A stretch of 64,000 nucleotides of DNA, taken from positions 1,216,001-1,280,000 of the forward strand of contig CAXXSR010000001.1 in NCBI GenBank assembly GCA_963662615.2, given 5' to 3'. Below, in pieces: positions 51,044 through 61,449 of this stretch. A program made the position numbers and the translations under genes. The first letter of the stretch is position 1, and the number at the start of each line of letters is the position of its first letter. The stretch is from Dehalococcoidia bacterium. GTDB taxonomy: Bacteria > Chloroflexota > Dehalococcoidia > Bin125. The notes under the pieces were generated by a model. It did no database searches. It had not been told where the DNA came from and saw nothing but the letters and a program-made list of their open reading frames with translations.

Positions 51044-52002
51044 CGGCCTTCTCCCTCACCACCGCCGGCTTGGCCTTTCTGCTGGCGCTGGCTATTGGGC
51101 GGCCGCTCATCATCTGGCTGCGTGCGCGTGACATGGGCAAAGCCATCAGTGACGAAGGGCCGGCGACGCATCATCGCAAGGCCGGCACGCCCACCATGGG
51201 CGGCCTCATGATCTTCGTCGTCGTCGCCATCCTGACCCTGGCCACCAACGTGGTTGGACGAGAATCGATCCTGCTGCCGCTAGCTGGAATCGTCGTGCTG
51301 GGCGGGATCGGCGCGCTGGACGACCTGGGCAGCATCGTGGGGCGCGCCCCCGGGGGGCTCAGTTGGCGGCTGAAGGTGGTCCTGCTGCTGCTCTTCGCGC
51401 TGGGGGCGGCGCTGGTCCTGTATTTCGCGCTGGATGTCAAGAGCGTCAACGTGCCCTGGGCCGGCCGGTTCTCCTTGGGTCCCGGCTACATCGTCATCGC
51501 GGTCGTCACCATCTTCGCCACGACCGTCTCCGTCGCCATCTCTGACGGCCTCGACACGCTGGCGGGCGGCACCGTGGCTATCGCCTTCGCTGCCTTCGGC
51601 GTCATCGCGGTCGGGCAGGAGCAGGACTTCTTGGTACGGTTCTGCTTCACGACGGTCGGCGCCGTCCTGGGCTTCCTCTGGTACAACGCGCATCCGGCGC
51701 AGCTCTTCATGGGCGACATGGGCGCGCTGGCGCTCGGCGGCACGCTCGGCATCGTTGCGCTGATGACGGGACACTGGCTGCTGCTGCCCGTGATCGGCAT
51801 CGTCTTCCTGATCGAGGCGCTGAGTGACGTCATTCAAGTCGGCTATTTCAAGCTCTCGGGTGGCAAGCGGGTGTTCCGCATGGCGCCCATTCACAACCAC
51901 TTCGAGCTGATCGGTTGGTCGGAGCCTCAGGTGGTCACCCGATTTTGGCTGCTGGGCATTGCGGGCGCGATCGTGGGCGTGGCCTTGGCGCTGCAGGTCT
52001 AG
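51040..52002 (+). CDS. mraY: Phospho-MurNAc-pentapeptide transferase
   Basis: KAGTPTMGG, DGLD, FMGD, MAPIHNHFE. Confidence 0.96.
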   Translation: MTAFSLTTAGLAFLLALAIGRPLIIWLRARDMGKAISDEGPATHHRKAGTPTMGGLMIFVVVAILTLATNVVGRESILLPLAGIVVLGGIGALDDLGSIVGRAPGGLSWRLKVVLLLLFALGAALVLYFALDVKSVNVPWAGRFSLGPGYIVIAVVTIFATTVSVAISDGLDTLAGGTVAIAFAAFGVIAVGQEQDFLVRFCFTTVGAVLGFLWYNAHPAQLFMGDMGALALGGTLGIVALMTGHWLLLPVIGIVFLIEALSDVIQVGYFKLSGGKRVFRMAPIHNHFELIGWSEPQVVTRFWLLGIAGAIVGVALALQV

Positions 52003-52028
52003 CGGGTTCGCGGAGGTGAAGAGCCGTG

Positions 52029-53480
52029 ATGAGCGCACCGTCCACCAAACATGAACCGCGGTCGTTCCGCGGGCTCCGCGCCGGCGTCGTGGGGCTGGGC
52101 CTAGAGGGGCAGGACATCGTGCGCTTCCTGCATCGGGAGGGCGCCACCGAGATCGTGGTCTCGGACCGGAAACCGGCGGACGCGCTGCAAAGCCAAGTCC
52201 AGGCCCTGGCCGGCATCCCCTTCGTCCTGGAGGCCGGCGGCAACGACACGAGCCTGGCCGAGCGTGTCGATGTGCTCTTCGTGAGTCAGGGCGTCCCCGC
52301 GAATCTGCCGCTGCTGCAGGAGGCGCAAGCGCGCGCCCTCCCCGTGACCGCGATGATGCGGCTGTTCCTCCAACGCTGTCCCGCGCCCGTGACGGGCATC
52401 ACGGGGAGCGCCGGTAAGACGACCACGACCGCGCTAGTGGGCGAGATTCTTCGCGCCGCCGGCACTCCGGTGTTTGTGGGCGGCAACATTGGCGTGGGCC
52501 TGCTCGAAGCGCTGCCGCAGATCACAGCGAAGATGACCGTCGTCGTGGAGATCAGTCACACACAGCTGGCGCGCACGGACCGCAGTCCCCACGTGGCCGC
52601 CGTGCTCAACGTGACGCCCAACCACCTTGACCAGTTCCGCTGGGATGCCTACGTGGACCTCAAGCGGAATCTCGTGCGGTACCAAACCACCGACGACATC
52701 GTGGTGCTCCCCATCGACAACGAGACGGCATACGCGCTCGGGGCCGACACGCCTGCGCGGCCGTACTTCTTCGGACTGGAGGCGCTGCCGGGGCCGGGCG
52801 CCACCGTCCGCGACGGCGCCATTGTCTGGGAGCCGGCCGGGGGCGGCGGCGGCTCCCAGAACGTGCTGCCGATCGCTGCCGTGCAACTGCCGGGCGAACA
52901 CAACCTGCGCAACATCCTGGCGGCTGTGGCGATTTGCGGCGCCGGGGGCGCTCCGCCGCAGGCGATGGCCGCCGCGATCGCCGGATTCACGGGCGTTCCC
53001 CATCGCCTCCAAACCGTGGCGGTGGCCGCCGGCGTGCGCTTCGTGGACGACTCCATCGCTACGGCGCCGGAGCGCACCGTGGCCGCCCTCCGCGCGATCG
53101 CGGGGCCAATCGTGCTGCTGCTCGGGGGGCGTGAGAAGCGCCTGCCGCTGCAGCCGCTGGCGCGCGAGGCGCTAGGCACGGTCCGAACGGTCATCTGCTT
53201 CGGCGAGGCCGGCCCTGGCTTCGCCGCATTCCTGCGTGGGGAATGGTCCGGTCGCGCCGACGCGCCGTCGATCCGAGAAACCTCCGACCTGCCCGAGGCC
53301 GTTGAGGTGGCCCGCCGTGCGTCCCAGCCGGGCGATGCCGTCCTCCTCTCGCCGGCCGCCACCTCGTTCGACGCCTATGAGAATTTCGTCGCACGCGGCG
53401 ACCATTTTGCGGCGCTGGTGGCAGCCCTGCCGTCCGCTCGCAGCGGCGCCAGACGGGAGGCCGATGATGGCCCGCGCTGA
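52029..53480 (+). CDS. murD: UDP-MurNAc-L-Ala--D-Glu ligase
   Basis: ITGSAGKTTTT, GGNIG, PNHLD, HRL, DDSIAT, LSPAATSFD. Confidence 0.94.
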   Translation: MSAPSTKHEPRSFRGLRAGVVGLGLEGQDIVRFLHREGATEIVVSDRKPADALQSQVQALAGIPFVLEAGGNDTSLAERVDVLFVSQGVPANLPLLQEAQARALPVTAMMRLFLQRCPAPVTGITGSAGKTTTTALVGEILRAAGTPVFVGGNIGVGLLEALPQITAKMTVVVEISHTQLARTDRSPHVAAVLNVTPNHLDQFRWDAYVDLKRNLVRYQTTDDIVVLPIDNETAYALGADTPARPYFFGLEALPGPGATVRDGAIVWEPAGGGGGSQNVLPIAAVQLPGEHNLRNILAAVAICGAGGAPPQAMAAAIAGFTGVPHRLQTVAVAAGVRFVDDSIATAPERTVAALRAIAGPIVLLLGGREKRLPLQPLAREALGTVRTVICFGEAGPGFAAFLRGEWSGRADAPSIRETSDLPEAVEVARRASQPGDAVLLSPAATSFDAYENFVARGDHFAALVAALPSARSGARREADDGPR

Positions 53481-54708
53481 CGTCCTGAGCGTCCCCATCA
53501 TTGGCCGGCGGCGTGAAGAGACGGGCCGACACATCGCCGGCGCGCCCGACTGGCCCCTGATCGCCACGGCTGTCGCGTTGACGCTTCTCGGCCTGATCTT
53601 CGTCTTCAGCTCCTCGTTCGCCGTCGGCGAGCGCCTCCACGGCGACCCGCACCACTTCGCCATCCGGCAGCTCGCCGGCGCCGGGCTGGGCCTTCTGGCG
53701 TTCGTCTTCTTCGCCTCGATCGACTATCGGCGGCTGCGCGCTTGGAGCCCGCTGCTGATGGCGCTGGCCATCCTGGGGTTGCTGGCGGTGCTCGTGCCCG
53801 GCATTGGCGTGGAGCAGAACGGCGCGCGACGCTGGGTGACCGTGGTGGGCTCGCTCCCGCCGGTGCAGCCGTCGGAGTTCGCCAAACTGGCGATCGTGAT
53901 CTACGTGGCCGCCTGGCTGGCCTCGCGGGGCGACGCGATTCGTCACGTCACCCTTGTCGTGGTGCCGTTTTCCATCGTCGTCGGGCTGGTCGGTTTTCTC
54001 ATCATGGCGGAGCCGGATCTGGGCACCGCAATCATGATCTCTCTTCTCGCCGGCGCCATGTTCTTTGTGGCCGGCGCCGCCCTGCGGCACATCTTCGTGC
54101 TGACCGTGCTGGGCGGAAGCGTGCTGTTTGGCATCATTGCCATCTTCGGTTACGGGCTGAACCGCTTCACCCAGTTCATCTCGGCGGAATCCAACCCGGA
54201 AGCGGGCGGCTTCCAAATCCTGCAGCTGCTCATCGCCCTGGGCAGCGGTGGCTTGAGCGGCGTCGGACTGGGCGAGAGCCGGCAGAAGTTCTTCTACGTT
54301 CCCTCCGCCCACACCGACGGCGTCTTCGCCATCATCGGCGAAGAGATCGGCTTCGTCGGCGCCGTGCTCGTCCTTCTCCTGTTTGCGTTCTTTGCCTACC
54401 GCGGCATTCGCACCGCGCAGCGCGCCCCCGACACCTTCGGCGCCCTCCTAGCCACTGGCGTCGTCTGTTGGATCAGCTTGCAGGCGTTCCTCAACATCGG
54501 CGGGATCACCCGCACCATTCCGCTGACCGGCATCCCCTTGCCGTTCGTGTCGTTTGGTGGTTCCGCTCTCGTCGCCACACTCGCGGCGACGGGCCTGTTA
54601 GTCAGCGTCTCTCGCTTCGCTCTACAGGAGGAGCCAAAGGAAAAGAAGCCGCAACAGCGCAAGCGCGACTACGTAGAGCAAGCGCCTCAATGGGAGGAAG
54701 CGGATTGA
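53464..54708 (+). CDS. ftsW: SEDS peptidoglycan polymerase FtsW
   Basis: NGARRW, QPSEFAK, EPDLGT, HTD, GEEIG, TGIPLPFVSFGGS. Confidence 0.95.
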   Translation: MMARADVLSVPIIGRRREETGRHIAGAPDWPLIATAVALTLLGLIFVFSSSFAVGERLHGDPHHFAIRQLAGAGLGLLAFVFFASIDYRRLRAWSPLLMALAILGLLAVLVPGIGVEQNGARRWVTVVGSLPPVQPSEFAKLAIVIYVAAWLASRGDAIRHVTLVVVPFSIVVGLVGFLIMAEPDLGTAIMISLLAGAMFFVAGAALRHIFVLTVLGGSVLFGIIAIFGYGLNRFTQFISAESNPEAGGFQILQLLIALGSGGLSGVGLGESRQKFFYVPSAHTDGVFAIIGEEIGFVGAVLVLLLFAFFAYRGIRTAQRAPDTFGALLATGVVCWISLQAFLNIGGITRTIPLTGIPLPFVSFGGSALVATLAATGLLVSVSRFALQEEPKEKKPQQRKRDYVEQAPQWEEAD

Positions 54709-54751
54709 TGGGCGGCGTCTGTCGGGGTGTGCAGGCTGCGGAGGGCCTGGA

Positions 54752-55843
54752 ATGAGGCTCCTCTTGGGCGGCGGCGGGAGCGGCGGGCACGTCTTTCCTG
54801 CGCTGGCGGTTGCCAGCGCGCTCAAGGAAGGGATCTCGGAGAGCTTGGATCTGCTGTTCGTGGGAACCGACACCGGCATGGAGGCCGGCTTGGCGCGCGA
54901 GGCCGGCGTGCCCTACCGCGCGGTGGCATCGCGCCCCCTGCGCGGCCGCCTTCCCTTCAGTCAGGCGTGGTCCGCTTTGACCATCGTCGCAGGCGTGTGG
55001 GAGGCGCTTCGCATCACGCGCCGGTTCCGGCCCAACGTCATCTTCGTGACCGGCGGTCACGTCAGCGTGCCCATCGGCATCGCCGCGGCGCTGACACGGC
55101 GGCCCCTCGTCCTCTTCCAGCCCGACGTCGATCCGGGCTGGGCGACCCGCTTGCTGGTCCCCATCGCCACGCGCGTCTGCGCGACCGACGCCGGCTCCCT
55201 CAGGCGGCTGCCCGCGCGCAAATCCGTGGCCACCGGCTATCCCTTGCGCCCCATCTTCTACGATCTTGACCGGCCCATGGCCCGGGCGCGCTTCCAGCTG
55301 AACGGCAGCCCGGCCATCCTCGTGGCCGGCGCCGTCCAGGGGGCGCGCCGCATCAACGACGCAATTGACCGCGACCTGGAGCGCTGGCTCGCCCTCGCCC
55401 AGATCCTGCACGTGACTGGACCTCTCGATGCGCGGCGGATGAACGAGCGCCGCGAGGCCCTGCCGGCGGCCCTGCAGCATCGCTATCAGGTCTATGAGTA
55501 CTTGGGCGATGACTTGCCTGTGGCGATGGCCGCGTGCGACCTGGCGGTGTCCCGAGCGGGCGCCTCCGTACTGGGCGAGTACCCCGCCGCGAAGCTGCCG
55601 GCCATCTTGGTGCCGCTCCCGAGCGCCGGCGCCCACCAGCGCGACAACGCCGCGGTCTTGGAACGGGCCGGCGCGGCCTTGATCGTGGAGGACACAGAGC
55701 TGCCCCAGCGGCTCCTGTCCACGGCCACCGCGCTGCTCGCAGATCGCGCCGGTCTCGAGAAGATGCGTGACAACGCCGCCGCGATCGCGCACCCGGACGC
55801 CGCGCGCCGGATCGCCCAAGTGCTGTGGGAGGTCCGGCGATGA
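54752..55843 (+). CDS. murG: Lipid II GlcNAc transferase
   Basis: GGGSGGHVFP, TGGHVS, SRAGAS, HQRDNA. Confidence 0.95.
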   Translation: MRLLLGGGGSGGHVFPALAVASALKEGISESLDLLFVGTDTGMEAGLAREAGVPYRAVASRPLRGRLPFSQAWSALTIVAGVWEALRITRRFRPNVIFVTGGHVSVPIGIAAALTRRPLVLFQPDVDPGWATRLLVPIATRVCATDAGSLRRLPARKSVATGYPLRPIFYDLDRPMARARFQLNGSPAILVAGAVQGARRINDAIDRDLERWLALAQILHVTGPLDARRMNERREALPAALQHRYQVYEYLGDDLPVAMAACDLAVSRAGASVLGEYPAAKLPAILVPLPSAGAHQRDNAAVLERAGAALIVEDTELPQRLLSTATALLADRAGLEKMRDNAAAIAHPDAARRIAQVLWEVRR

Positions 55844-57219
55844 CGGCGCCACAGCACGTGCACTTTGTCGGCATCGGCGGCATCCATATGAGCGCCGTCG
55901 CCGCCATCCTCCTCGCCGACGGCGTCCGCGTCAGCGGATCGGATCTGACCGCCGGCCACCTGGTCGAGGCGCTGCGCGCGGAGGGCGCCCAGATCAACAT
56001 CGGGCATGACGCCGCCCACGGCGCCGGCGCAGACCTCGTGGTTCGCAGCTTCGCCGTCCCAGACGACAACCCCGAAGTTCTCGCGGCGAAGCGGGGCGGG
56101 GTCGAGGTGCTGACGCGCGCGCAGATGGTGGCGCGCATCGCCGCGCCCCGTAGCGCGCTCACCGTGGCCGGCAGCCACGGCAAGAGCACCAGCGCCACCA
56201 TGCTCACCCTGATCCTGCGCGAGGCCGGTCTCGACCCGACCTACATCCTGGGCGCTGAATGCGCCGACCTGGAACAGCACGGGGCCCGGGGGCGGGGCCC
56301 GCACATCGTCCTGGAGGCCGACGAGTACGGCCGCGCCTTCCACGAATACCGACCCGGCGTCGCCGTGATCACCAACGTGGAGCGCGATCACCTGGACTAC
56401 TACGGCACGGACGCGGCCCTGACCGACGCATTTCTTCACTATGCGCAGACGCTCACGCCGGGCGGGTCGCTAATCGTCGGGGCTGAGTCGCCGTGTGCGG
56501 TTCGCGTCGCCGACCGCGCCGCCGCGGACCGCAGCGACGTCAAGGTACAGTCATTCGGGTTAGGCCCGGATCGGGATTGGGGCGCGCTCGATCTGCAGGA
56601 ACAGACCGAGGCGACGGTGTTCCGTCCCGTCCATGAGGAGGAGGAGCTGGGGGTCATCCGCCTTCGCGTTCCCGGCGCGTACAACGTGCGGAACGCCTTG
56701 GCCGCCATGGCGGCCGCGCACGAGGTGGGCGCCGGCTTCGCCGCGGCGCAGCAAGCCTTGGAACACTTCGGCGGCGTCCGTCGTCGCTTCGAGCTGCAAG
56801 GCGAAGCCCGCGGCATCGCCGTCGTGGACGATTACGCCCATCATCCCACGGAGATCGCGGCGACACTCGCGGCAGCGCGTTCGCGCTACCCCGGGCGCCG
56901 GCGCGTAGTTCTCTTTCAGCCCCATACGTACAGCCGCTCGTCCTATCTCCTCGCCGATTTTCGCCGCTGCTTCCACGACGCTGATGCGCTCTTCGTCACC
57001 GATACGTACGCGGCCCGTGAAGAGCCCGGCGCGGGCCTTACCGCCGCGGACCTCGCTGCACAGATCGACGACCCCCAGGCGATCCACGCCGGCTCGCTGG
57101 GTGAGGCGGTGACCCAGGTGGCCAAGGCGCTCCGCGCCGGTGATCTGCTCATCACCATGGGCGCCGGCGACGTGGAGAAGACGGGGCCGCAGGTGCTCGC
57201 ACGGCTGGAGGCCTCATGA
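55840..57219 (+). CDS. murC: UDP-MurNAc--L-Ala ligase
   Basis: HFVGIGGIHMS, AGSHGKST, EADE, DHLD, DDYAHHP, FQPH. Confidence 0.96.
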   Translation: MTAPQHVHFVGIGGIHMSAVAAILLADGVRVSGSDLTAGHLVEALRAEGAQINIGHDAAHGAGADLVVRSFAVPDDNPEVLAAKRGGVEVLTRAQMVARIAAPRSALTVAGSHGKSTSATMLTLILREAGLDPTYILGAECADLEQHGARGRGPHIVLEADEYGRAFHEYRPGVAVITNVERDHLDYYGTDAALTDAFLHYAQTLTPGGSLIVGAESPCAVRVADRAAADRSDVKVQSFGLGPDRDWGALDLQEQTEATVFRPVHEEEELGVIRLRVPGAYNVRNALAAMAAAHEVGAGFAAAQQALEHFGGVRRRFELQGEARGIAVVDDYAHHPTEIAATLAAARSRYPGRRRVVLFQPHTYSRSSYLLADFRRCFHDADALFVTDTYAAREEPGAGLTAADLAAQIDDPQAIHAGSLGEAVTQVAKALRAGDLLITMGAGDVEKTGPQVLARLEAS

Positions 57220-58151
57220 AGCTGGGAGAGGGGCTGCGACGGCTTGCCCACAGCCAGCCGCAGGTCGCGCTGCGGGAGCACGAGCCGTTGGCCAACCACA
57301 CCACGTTTGGCATCGGCGGGCCGGCCGACTATTTCACCACCGCGCACGATGCCTCCACACTGCGGCAGCTCGTTCAGATCGCCCGCGAGGCGGGCGCTCC
57401 GCTCCTGCTCTTGGGCTCTGGCTCCAACATTCTCGTGGGCGATGGCGGCATCCGCGGTCTGGTCGTGGAGAACAAGGTGGCGGCCATCGCCGTGCCGGAC
57501 GTCAGCGGCGACTCCGTCCGCCTGACCGCCGACGCCGGCGTGTCCTTCGCCCACCTCGCCCGCTGGACGGCCCGACGGGGGCTGCGCGGCCTCGAATGGG
57601 CCGCCGGCATTCCCGGGACCCTGGGTGGCGCTGTCGTCTACAACGCCGGCGCCTACGGTGGCTGCTTGGCCGACGTGCTCACCGCGATCCATGCACTGGG
57701 TCCCGACGGCCGCGAGCGCGAACTCCCCGCCGCTGATCTGAGCCTGGCCTACCGCTCCAGCGCCTTCACCCGCGGCCTCTTGCGGGACCGCGTCATCCTG
57801 GACCTCACGTTCGCCCTCCGGCGCGGCGACCCCGAACGGGCGCAGGCGCGAATCCGAGAGCTGGAGACCAAGCGCAAGGCGTCCACTCCCCGCGGACGCA
57901 ACGCCGGCTCGGTCTTCAAGAATCCGCGCCAGCATCCCGCCTGGTGGCTCATGGAACAGGTGGGCTTGCGCGGCCACCGGATTGGCGGCGCCCAGGTCAG
58001 CGAGAGACACGCAAACTACATCCTCAACGTCAACGCCGCCCGCGCTGCGGACGTGGCCGCGCTCCTGGCCTTGGCCCGCCGGCGGGTGCGCGACGCCTAC
58101 GCGATTGAGTTGGACGCGGAAGTGTCGCTAGTAGGGGAGGGGTTCGAATGA
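57216..58151 (+). CDS. murB: UDP-MurNAc dehydrogenase
   Basis: TTFGIGGPA, GSGSN, GIPGTLGGA..NAGAYG, GSVFKNP, HAN. Confidence 0.96.
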   Translation: MKLGEGLRRLAHSQPQVALREHEPLANHTTFGIGGPADYFTTAHDASTLRQLVQIAREAGAPLLLLGSGSNILVGDGGIRGLVVENKVAAIAVPDVSGDSVRLTADAGVSFAHLARWTARRGLRGLEWAAGIPGTLGGAVVYNAGAYGGCLADVLTAIHALGPDGRERELPAADLSLAYRSSAFTRGLLRDRVILDLTFALRRGDPERAQARIRELETKRKASTPRGRNAGSVFKNPRQHPAWWLMEQVGLRGHRIGGAQVSERHANYILNVNAARAADVAALLALARRRVRDAYAIELDAEVSLVGEGFE

Positions 58152-59245
58152 GCACCTCCCGGGCCCGCTTGCAGCTGGCCGTCGTCTTCGGCGGGGCATC
58201 AACGGAGCACGAAATCTCCGTGGGCTCCGCGCGCGCAGTGCTCGCCGCCCTCGATCGCGAGCGCTACGAGCCGATGCCCCTCGGCGTCACGCCCGAGGGG
58301 GTCTGGCTGTCCCCGCCGGAAACGGCGCTCCTGCTGGACACGATCGAAGCCGGCGCGCCTGCGCGTGTCGCCAGCCCCGAAGAGCACGGCCCCCGCATCC
58401 GATCCCAAATCATGGAAGCGCTCGCCGGCGCCGACGTCGTCTTCCCCTTGATTCACGGCCGCGGCGGTGAGGACGGGAGCGTGCAGGGCCTGCTGGAGCT
58501 GGCGGGCCTGCCGTACGTCGGCGCCGGCGTGGCGGCATCGGCAACCGGAATGGACAAGGAACTCACGAAGGCGGTCCTGCTCCGTGCCGGCCTGCCCGTC
58601 CCCGCCTACTGCCGGGTGACTGAGCATGCCTGGCGCGCGGACCCCGGCAGGGTCCTGCAGCAGGTGGCACACCTGCCCTGCCCGCTCTTCGTCAAGCCGG
58701 CCAACGGCGGAAGCAGCGTGGGTACCAGCAAGGTCCGTTCACAGGACGCCATCGCCGCAGCGATCGACGAAGCCCTCCGCCACGATGGCAAGGCGCTGGT
58801 CGAGCAGGCCATCAGCGGGCGCGAGATCGAGTGTGGCGTCCTGGGCAACGCGGCGCCACAGGGGTCGGCGCTGGGGGAGATCCGCTATCGGCGCGAGTTT
58901 TACGACTACATCGCCAAATACGACGATCCCTCCACGGAGCTCATCGTCCCGGCTGATATCCCCGCGCGCGTCGGCCGGCGGATGACGGAGATGGCCTGCG
59001 CCGCCTTCCAGGCGATTGGCTGCGCTGGCATGGCCCGCGTGGACTTCTTCTTGGAAGAGGGCCCGAGCAGCAACGACGGCATCTGGTTGAGCGAGATCAA
59101 CACGATTCCCGGTTTCACCAGCGTGAGCATGTTCCCGCGTGTCTGGGAGGCGGCCGGGCTGTCCTTCCCGGCGCTGATCGATCGGCTCGTGCAACTGGCG
59201 CTGGAACGGCATACGGAGGGACGACAGCGTGCCCGTCGACCCTGA
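58148..59245 (+). CDS. ddl: D-alanine--D-alanine ligase
   Basis: FGGASTEHEIS, HGRGGEDG, GSSVG, FYDYIAKY, EINTIPGFT. Confidence 0.96.
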   Translation: MSTSRARLQLAVVFGGASTEHEISVGSARAVLAALDRERYEPMPLGVTPEGVWLSPPETALLLDTIEAGAPARVASPEEHGPRIRSQIMEALAGADVVFPLIHGRGGEDGSVQGLLELAGLPYVGAGVAASATGMDKELTKAVLLRAGLPVPAYCRVTEHAWRADPGRVLQQVAHLPCPLFVKPANGGSSVGTSKVRSQDAIAAAIDEALRHDGKALVEQAISGREIECGVLGNAAPQGSALGEIRYRREFYDYIAKYDDPSTELIVPADIPARVGRRMTEMACAAFQAIGCAGMARVDFFLEEGPSSNDGIWLSEINTIPGFTSVSMFPRVWEAAGLSFPALIDRLVQLALERHTEGRQRARRP

Positions 59246-60107
59246 TCCGTCTGAACGAGCGCTCTCCCCGCAAAGCGATCACGCGGCGGCGGCGCCTGTG
59301 AACGAGCCGGGCACGCGCCTGCCGCTCGCGCGCCCGCGCTGGCGCACCCTGATCGCCATCATGGCCGCACTCGCGCTGATCGCCGCCGCGCTGGTCGTCC
59401 TGAGCTCGCCAATGTTGGAGGTGCGGACCGTGAACGTGAGCGGCGCGCAGCACCTTTCCGAGGATGCGCTGGCCCAACTCGCCGGGCTGCGCGGCGAGAA
59501 CATCCTCCTCGCCGACCTGGGTGCGGCGCGGGCGCGCCTCCTCAGCCAACCGCTCGTCAAAGACGCAGCGGTCAGCCGTGAGTGGCCCGACCGCATCGAC
59601 ATCGTCATCCAGGAGCGCGTCCCTTGGGCGCGTTGGCAAGTGGGCGACGAGATCTGGGCCATCGACGCCCAAGGCGTCGTCCTCGAAGGCCGGCAGGCGC
59701 CGGCCGACAGCACCCTGGTTCGCCAGGTTTCGTCGCTGCCGGCGATTCGCGGCGGCGCCCACGTTGACGTTGATGCCGTGGACCTGATCCGCCGTCTTGA
59801 GGAACGCGGCCCGCCTAGTGGCGGGCCGGACATTCTCGCTTTCGAGTGGTCACTGAAGACAGGGCTGACCGTCGTGACCCAGCACGGCCGCGTCACCTTC
59901 GGTGACACCGCCGGTTTCGACTTCAAGTACCAAGTTTGGGAGCAGCTGGAGTGGGAAGCGCGGGGGCGGGGGGAGCCGCTGCTGGACGCCGACCTCCGCT
60001 TCGGCACCCGCCCAGCGGTGGAGATGGGCCTGGGCATGGGCCGGGCCACGCGCATTCTGGAACCGGAGCCGCCGCCCCAACGGACGGCCGCACGGGGAGG
60101 TGACTGA
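59229..60107 (+). CDS. ftsQ: FtsQ/DivIB-type POTRA protein
   Basis: Single TM, POTRA (V.VSG..WPD.I.I.IQER), DLRF motif; lies between ddl and ftsA. Confidence 0.88.
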   Translation: MPVDPDPSERALSPQSDHAAAAPVNEPGTRLPLARPRWRTLIAIMAALALIAAALVVLSSPMLEVRTVNVSGAQHLSEDALAQLAGLRGENILLADLGAARARLLSQPLVKDAAVSREWPDRIDIVIQERVPWARWQVGDEIWAIDAQGVVLEGRQAPADSTLVRQVSSLPAIRGGAHVDVDAVDLIRRLEERGPPSGGPDILAFEWSLKTGLTVVTQHGRVTFGDTAGFDFKYQVWEQLEWEARGRGEPLLDADLRFGTRPAVEMGLGMGRATRILEPEPPPQRTAARGGD

Positions 60108-61357
60108 TGGCAAAAAGCACTGCGTTTGCCGCGATTGACGTGGGCAGCACCAAGATCGCGACGGTCGTGGGAGACACGAACGATCGCGGCGCGGTGCGCG
60201 TGCAAGGTGTAGGGCTGGCGCCGTCCGCCGGCGTTGAGAAGGGGCAGATCAGCAATATCGCCGAGGCGACGGAGACGATTGGCGCCTCCATCGAAAAGGC
60301 GGAGCGTTCCAGCGGCACGCGCATCCTCTCGGCCGGTGTCAGCCTCTCCGGCGCGCACCTGTCCTGTCTGAACAATCGCGGCATCGTCGCGGTCCCCGAC
60401 GTCGATCGCCCCATCAGCGCCGACGATGCGCAGCGCGTCATTGACGCCGCCCGCACGATCAGCCTGAAGAGCAATCGCGAGATGGTGCACGCCCTGCCGC
60501 GCTACTTCGTGGTGGACGGCCAAGACCGGGTCAGTGACCCGGAGGGGATGCACGGTCAGCGGCTGGACGTGGAGATGCACATCGTCACGGGCGGCGCCAA
60601 CGCCATGCAGAACCTGATGAAGTGCGTGGAGGGAGCCGGCGTCCAGGTCGACACCCTGATCGCCACTCCCGTCGCCACGGCCGCCGCGGTCCTGCAGACG
60701 GACGAGATGCGCGAAGGGGTGGTGCTGCTGGACATCGGCGGTGGCACCACCGACCTCGCCGTCTACCAGGAAGGCTCTATCGTCCACTCCGCCTCCCTGC
60801 CCGTCGGCGGCATCAACGTGACACGTGACCTCGTCGCGGGGTTGCGCTGTGCCTACGCCGTCGCGGAGGAGGCGAAGACCACGCATGGGCACGCGCTCCA
60901 CAGCGCCGTGGACGCGGACCAGACCGTCGCCTTGCGCGCGTTCGGTCAGGACGACCGCAGCGAAGTGCATCGCCAGCTCATCGCCGAGATCGTGGAGGCG
61001 CGCGTGGAGGAGATCCTCTCCATGGCGCTCGTGGAGCTCAAGCACGCCGTCCACATCGACACGATCGCCGCCGGGCTGGTGCTCACGGGCGGCACGGCGG
61101 AGCTGGAAGCCATCTCGACCTTGGCCGAGCAGTTCACCGGCCTGCCCGCTCGCGTCGGCACGGTGGAGGAAGTCTACGGGCTCACCGACCAAGTGTCGGG
61201 ACCCACCTACGTGACCACCCTGGGCCTCCTGCGCTGGATGGCCGACGCCTACGATCCGGCCGGCCAGGCGGTGCGCTTGCGCGTGCCGCGGGCGCCCAGC
61301 GTGCTCAACATGGTGCGAGGCGTGGGCCGCATTGGCCGCGTCTTTCTGCCGCAGTAA
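60107..61357 (+). CDS. ftsA: Cell division protein FtsA
   Basis: IDVGSTKI, DIGGGTTD, VLTGG, C-terminal amphipathic helix. Confidence 0.96.
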   Translation: MAKSTAFAAIDVGSTKIATVVGDTNDRGAVRVQGVGLAPSAGVEKGQISNIAEATETIGASIEKAERSSGTRILSAGVSLSGAHLSCLNNRGIVAVPDVDRPISADDAQRVIDAARTISLKSNREMVHALPRYFVVDGQDRVSDPEGMHGQRLDVEMHIVTGGANAMQNLMKCVEGAGVQVDTLIATPVATAAAVLQTDEMREGVVLLDIGGGTTDLAVYQEGSIVHSASLPVGGINVTRDLVAGLRCAYAVAEEAKTTHGHALHSAVDADQTVALRAFGQDDRSEVHRQLIAEIVEARVEEILSMALVELKHAVHIDTIAAGLVLTGGTAELEAISTLAEQFTGLPARVGTVEEVYGLTDQVSGPTYVTTLGLLRWMADAYDPAGQAVRLRVPRAPSVLNMVRGVGRIGRVFLPQ

Positions 61358-61449
61358 GGGGGAATCTCCGCTCGACCGCCGAGGTGCCGGCCGAGCGGTT
61401 CAATGTCCACGCACCCATCTGGTGGTGGGGGAGAAGGGAAGGAAACCGG

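Noticed and set aside
58148-59245. Ddl as a D-Ala-D-Lac (vancomycin resistance) ligase
   Set aside because: The omega loop FYDYIAKY keeps the Tyr typical of D-Ala-D-Ala ligases, and the gene sits in the dcw cluster.
59279-61192. Long antisense ORFs (637 aa here; also 10997-12772, 13648-15153, 25696-27303, 34905-36827, 38902-40344, 6125-7534)
   Set aside because: Shadow frames of well-supported genes in high-GC DNA; no motifs of their own.
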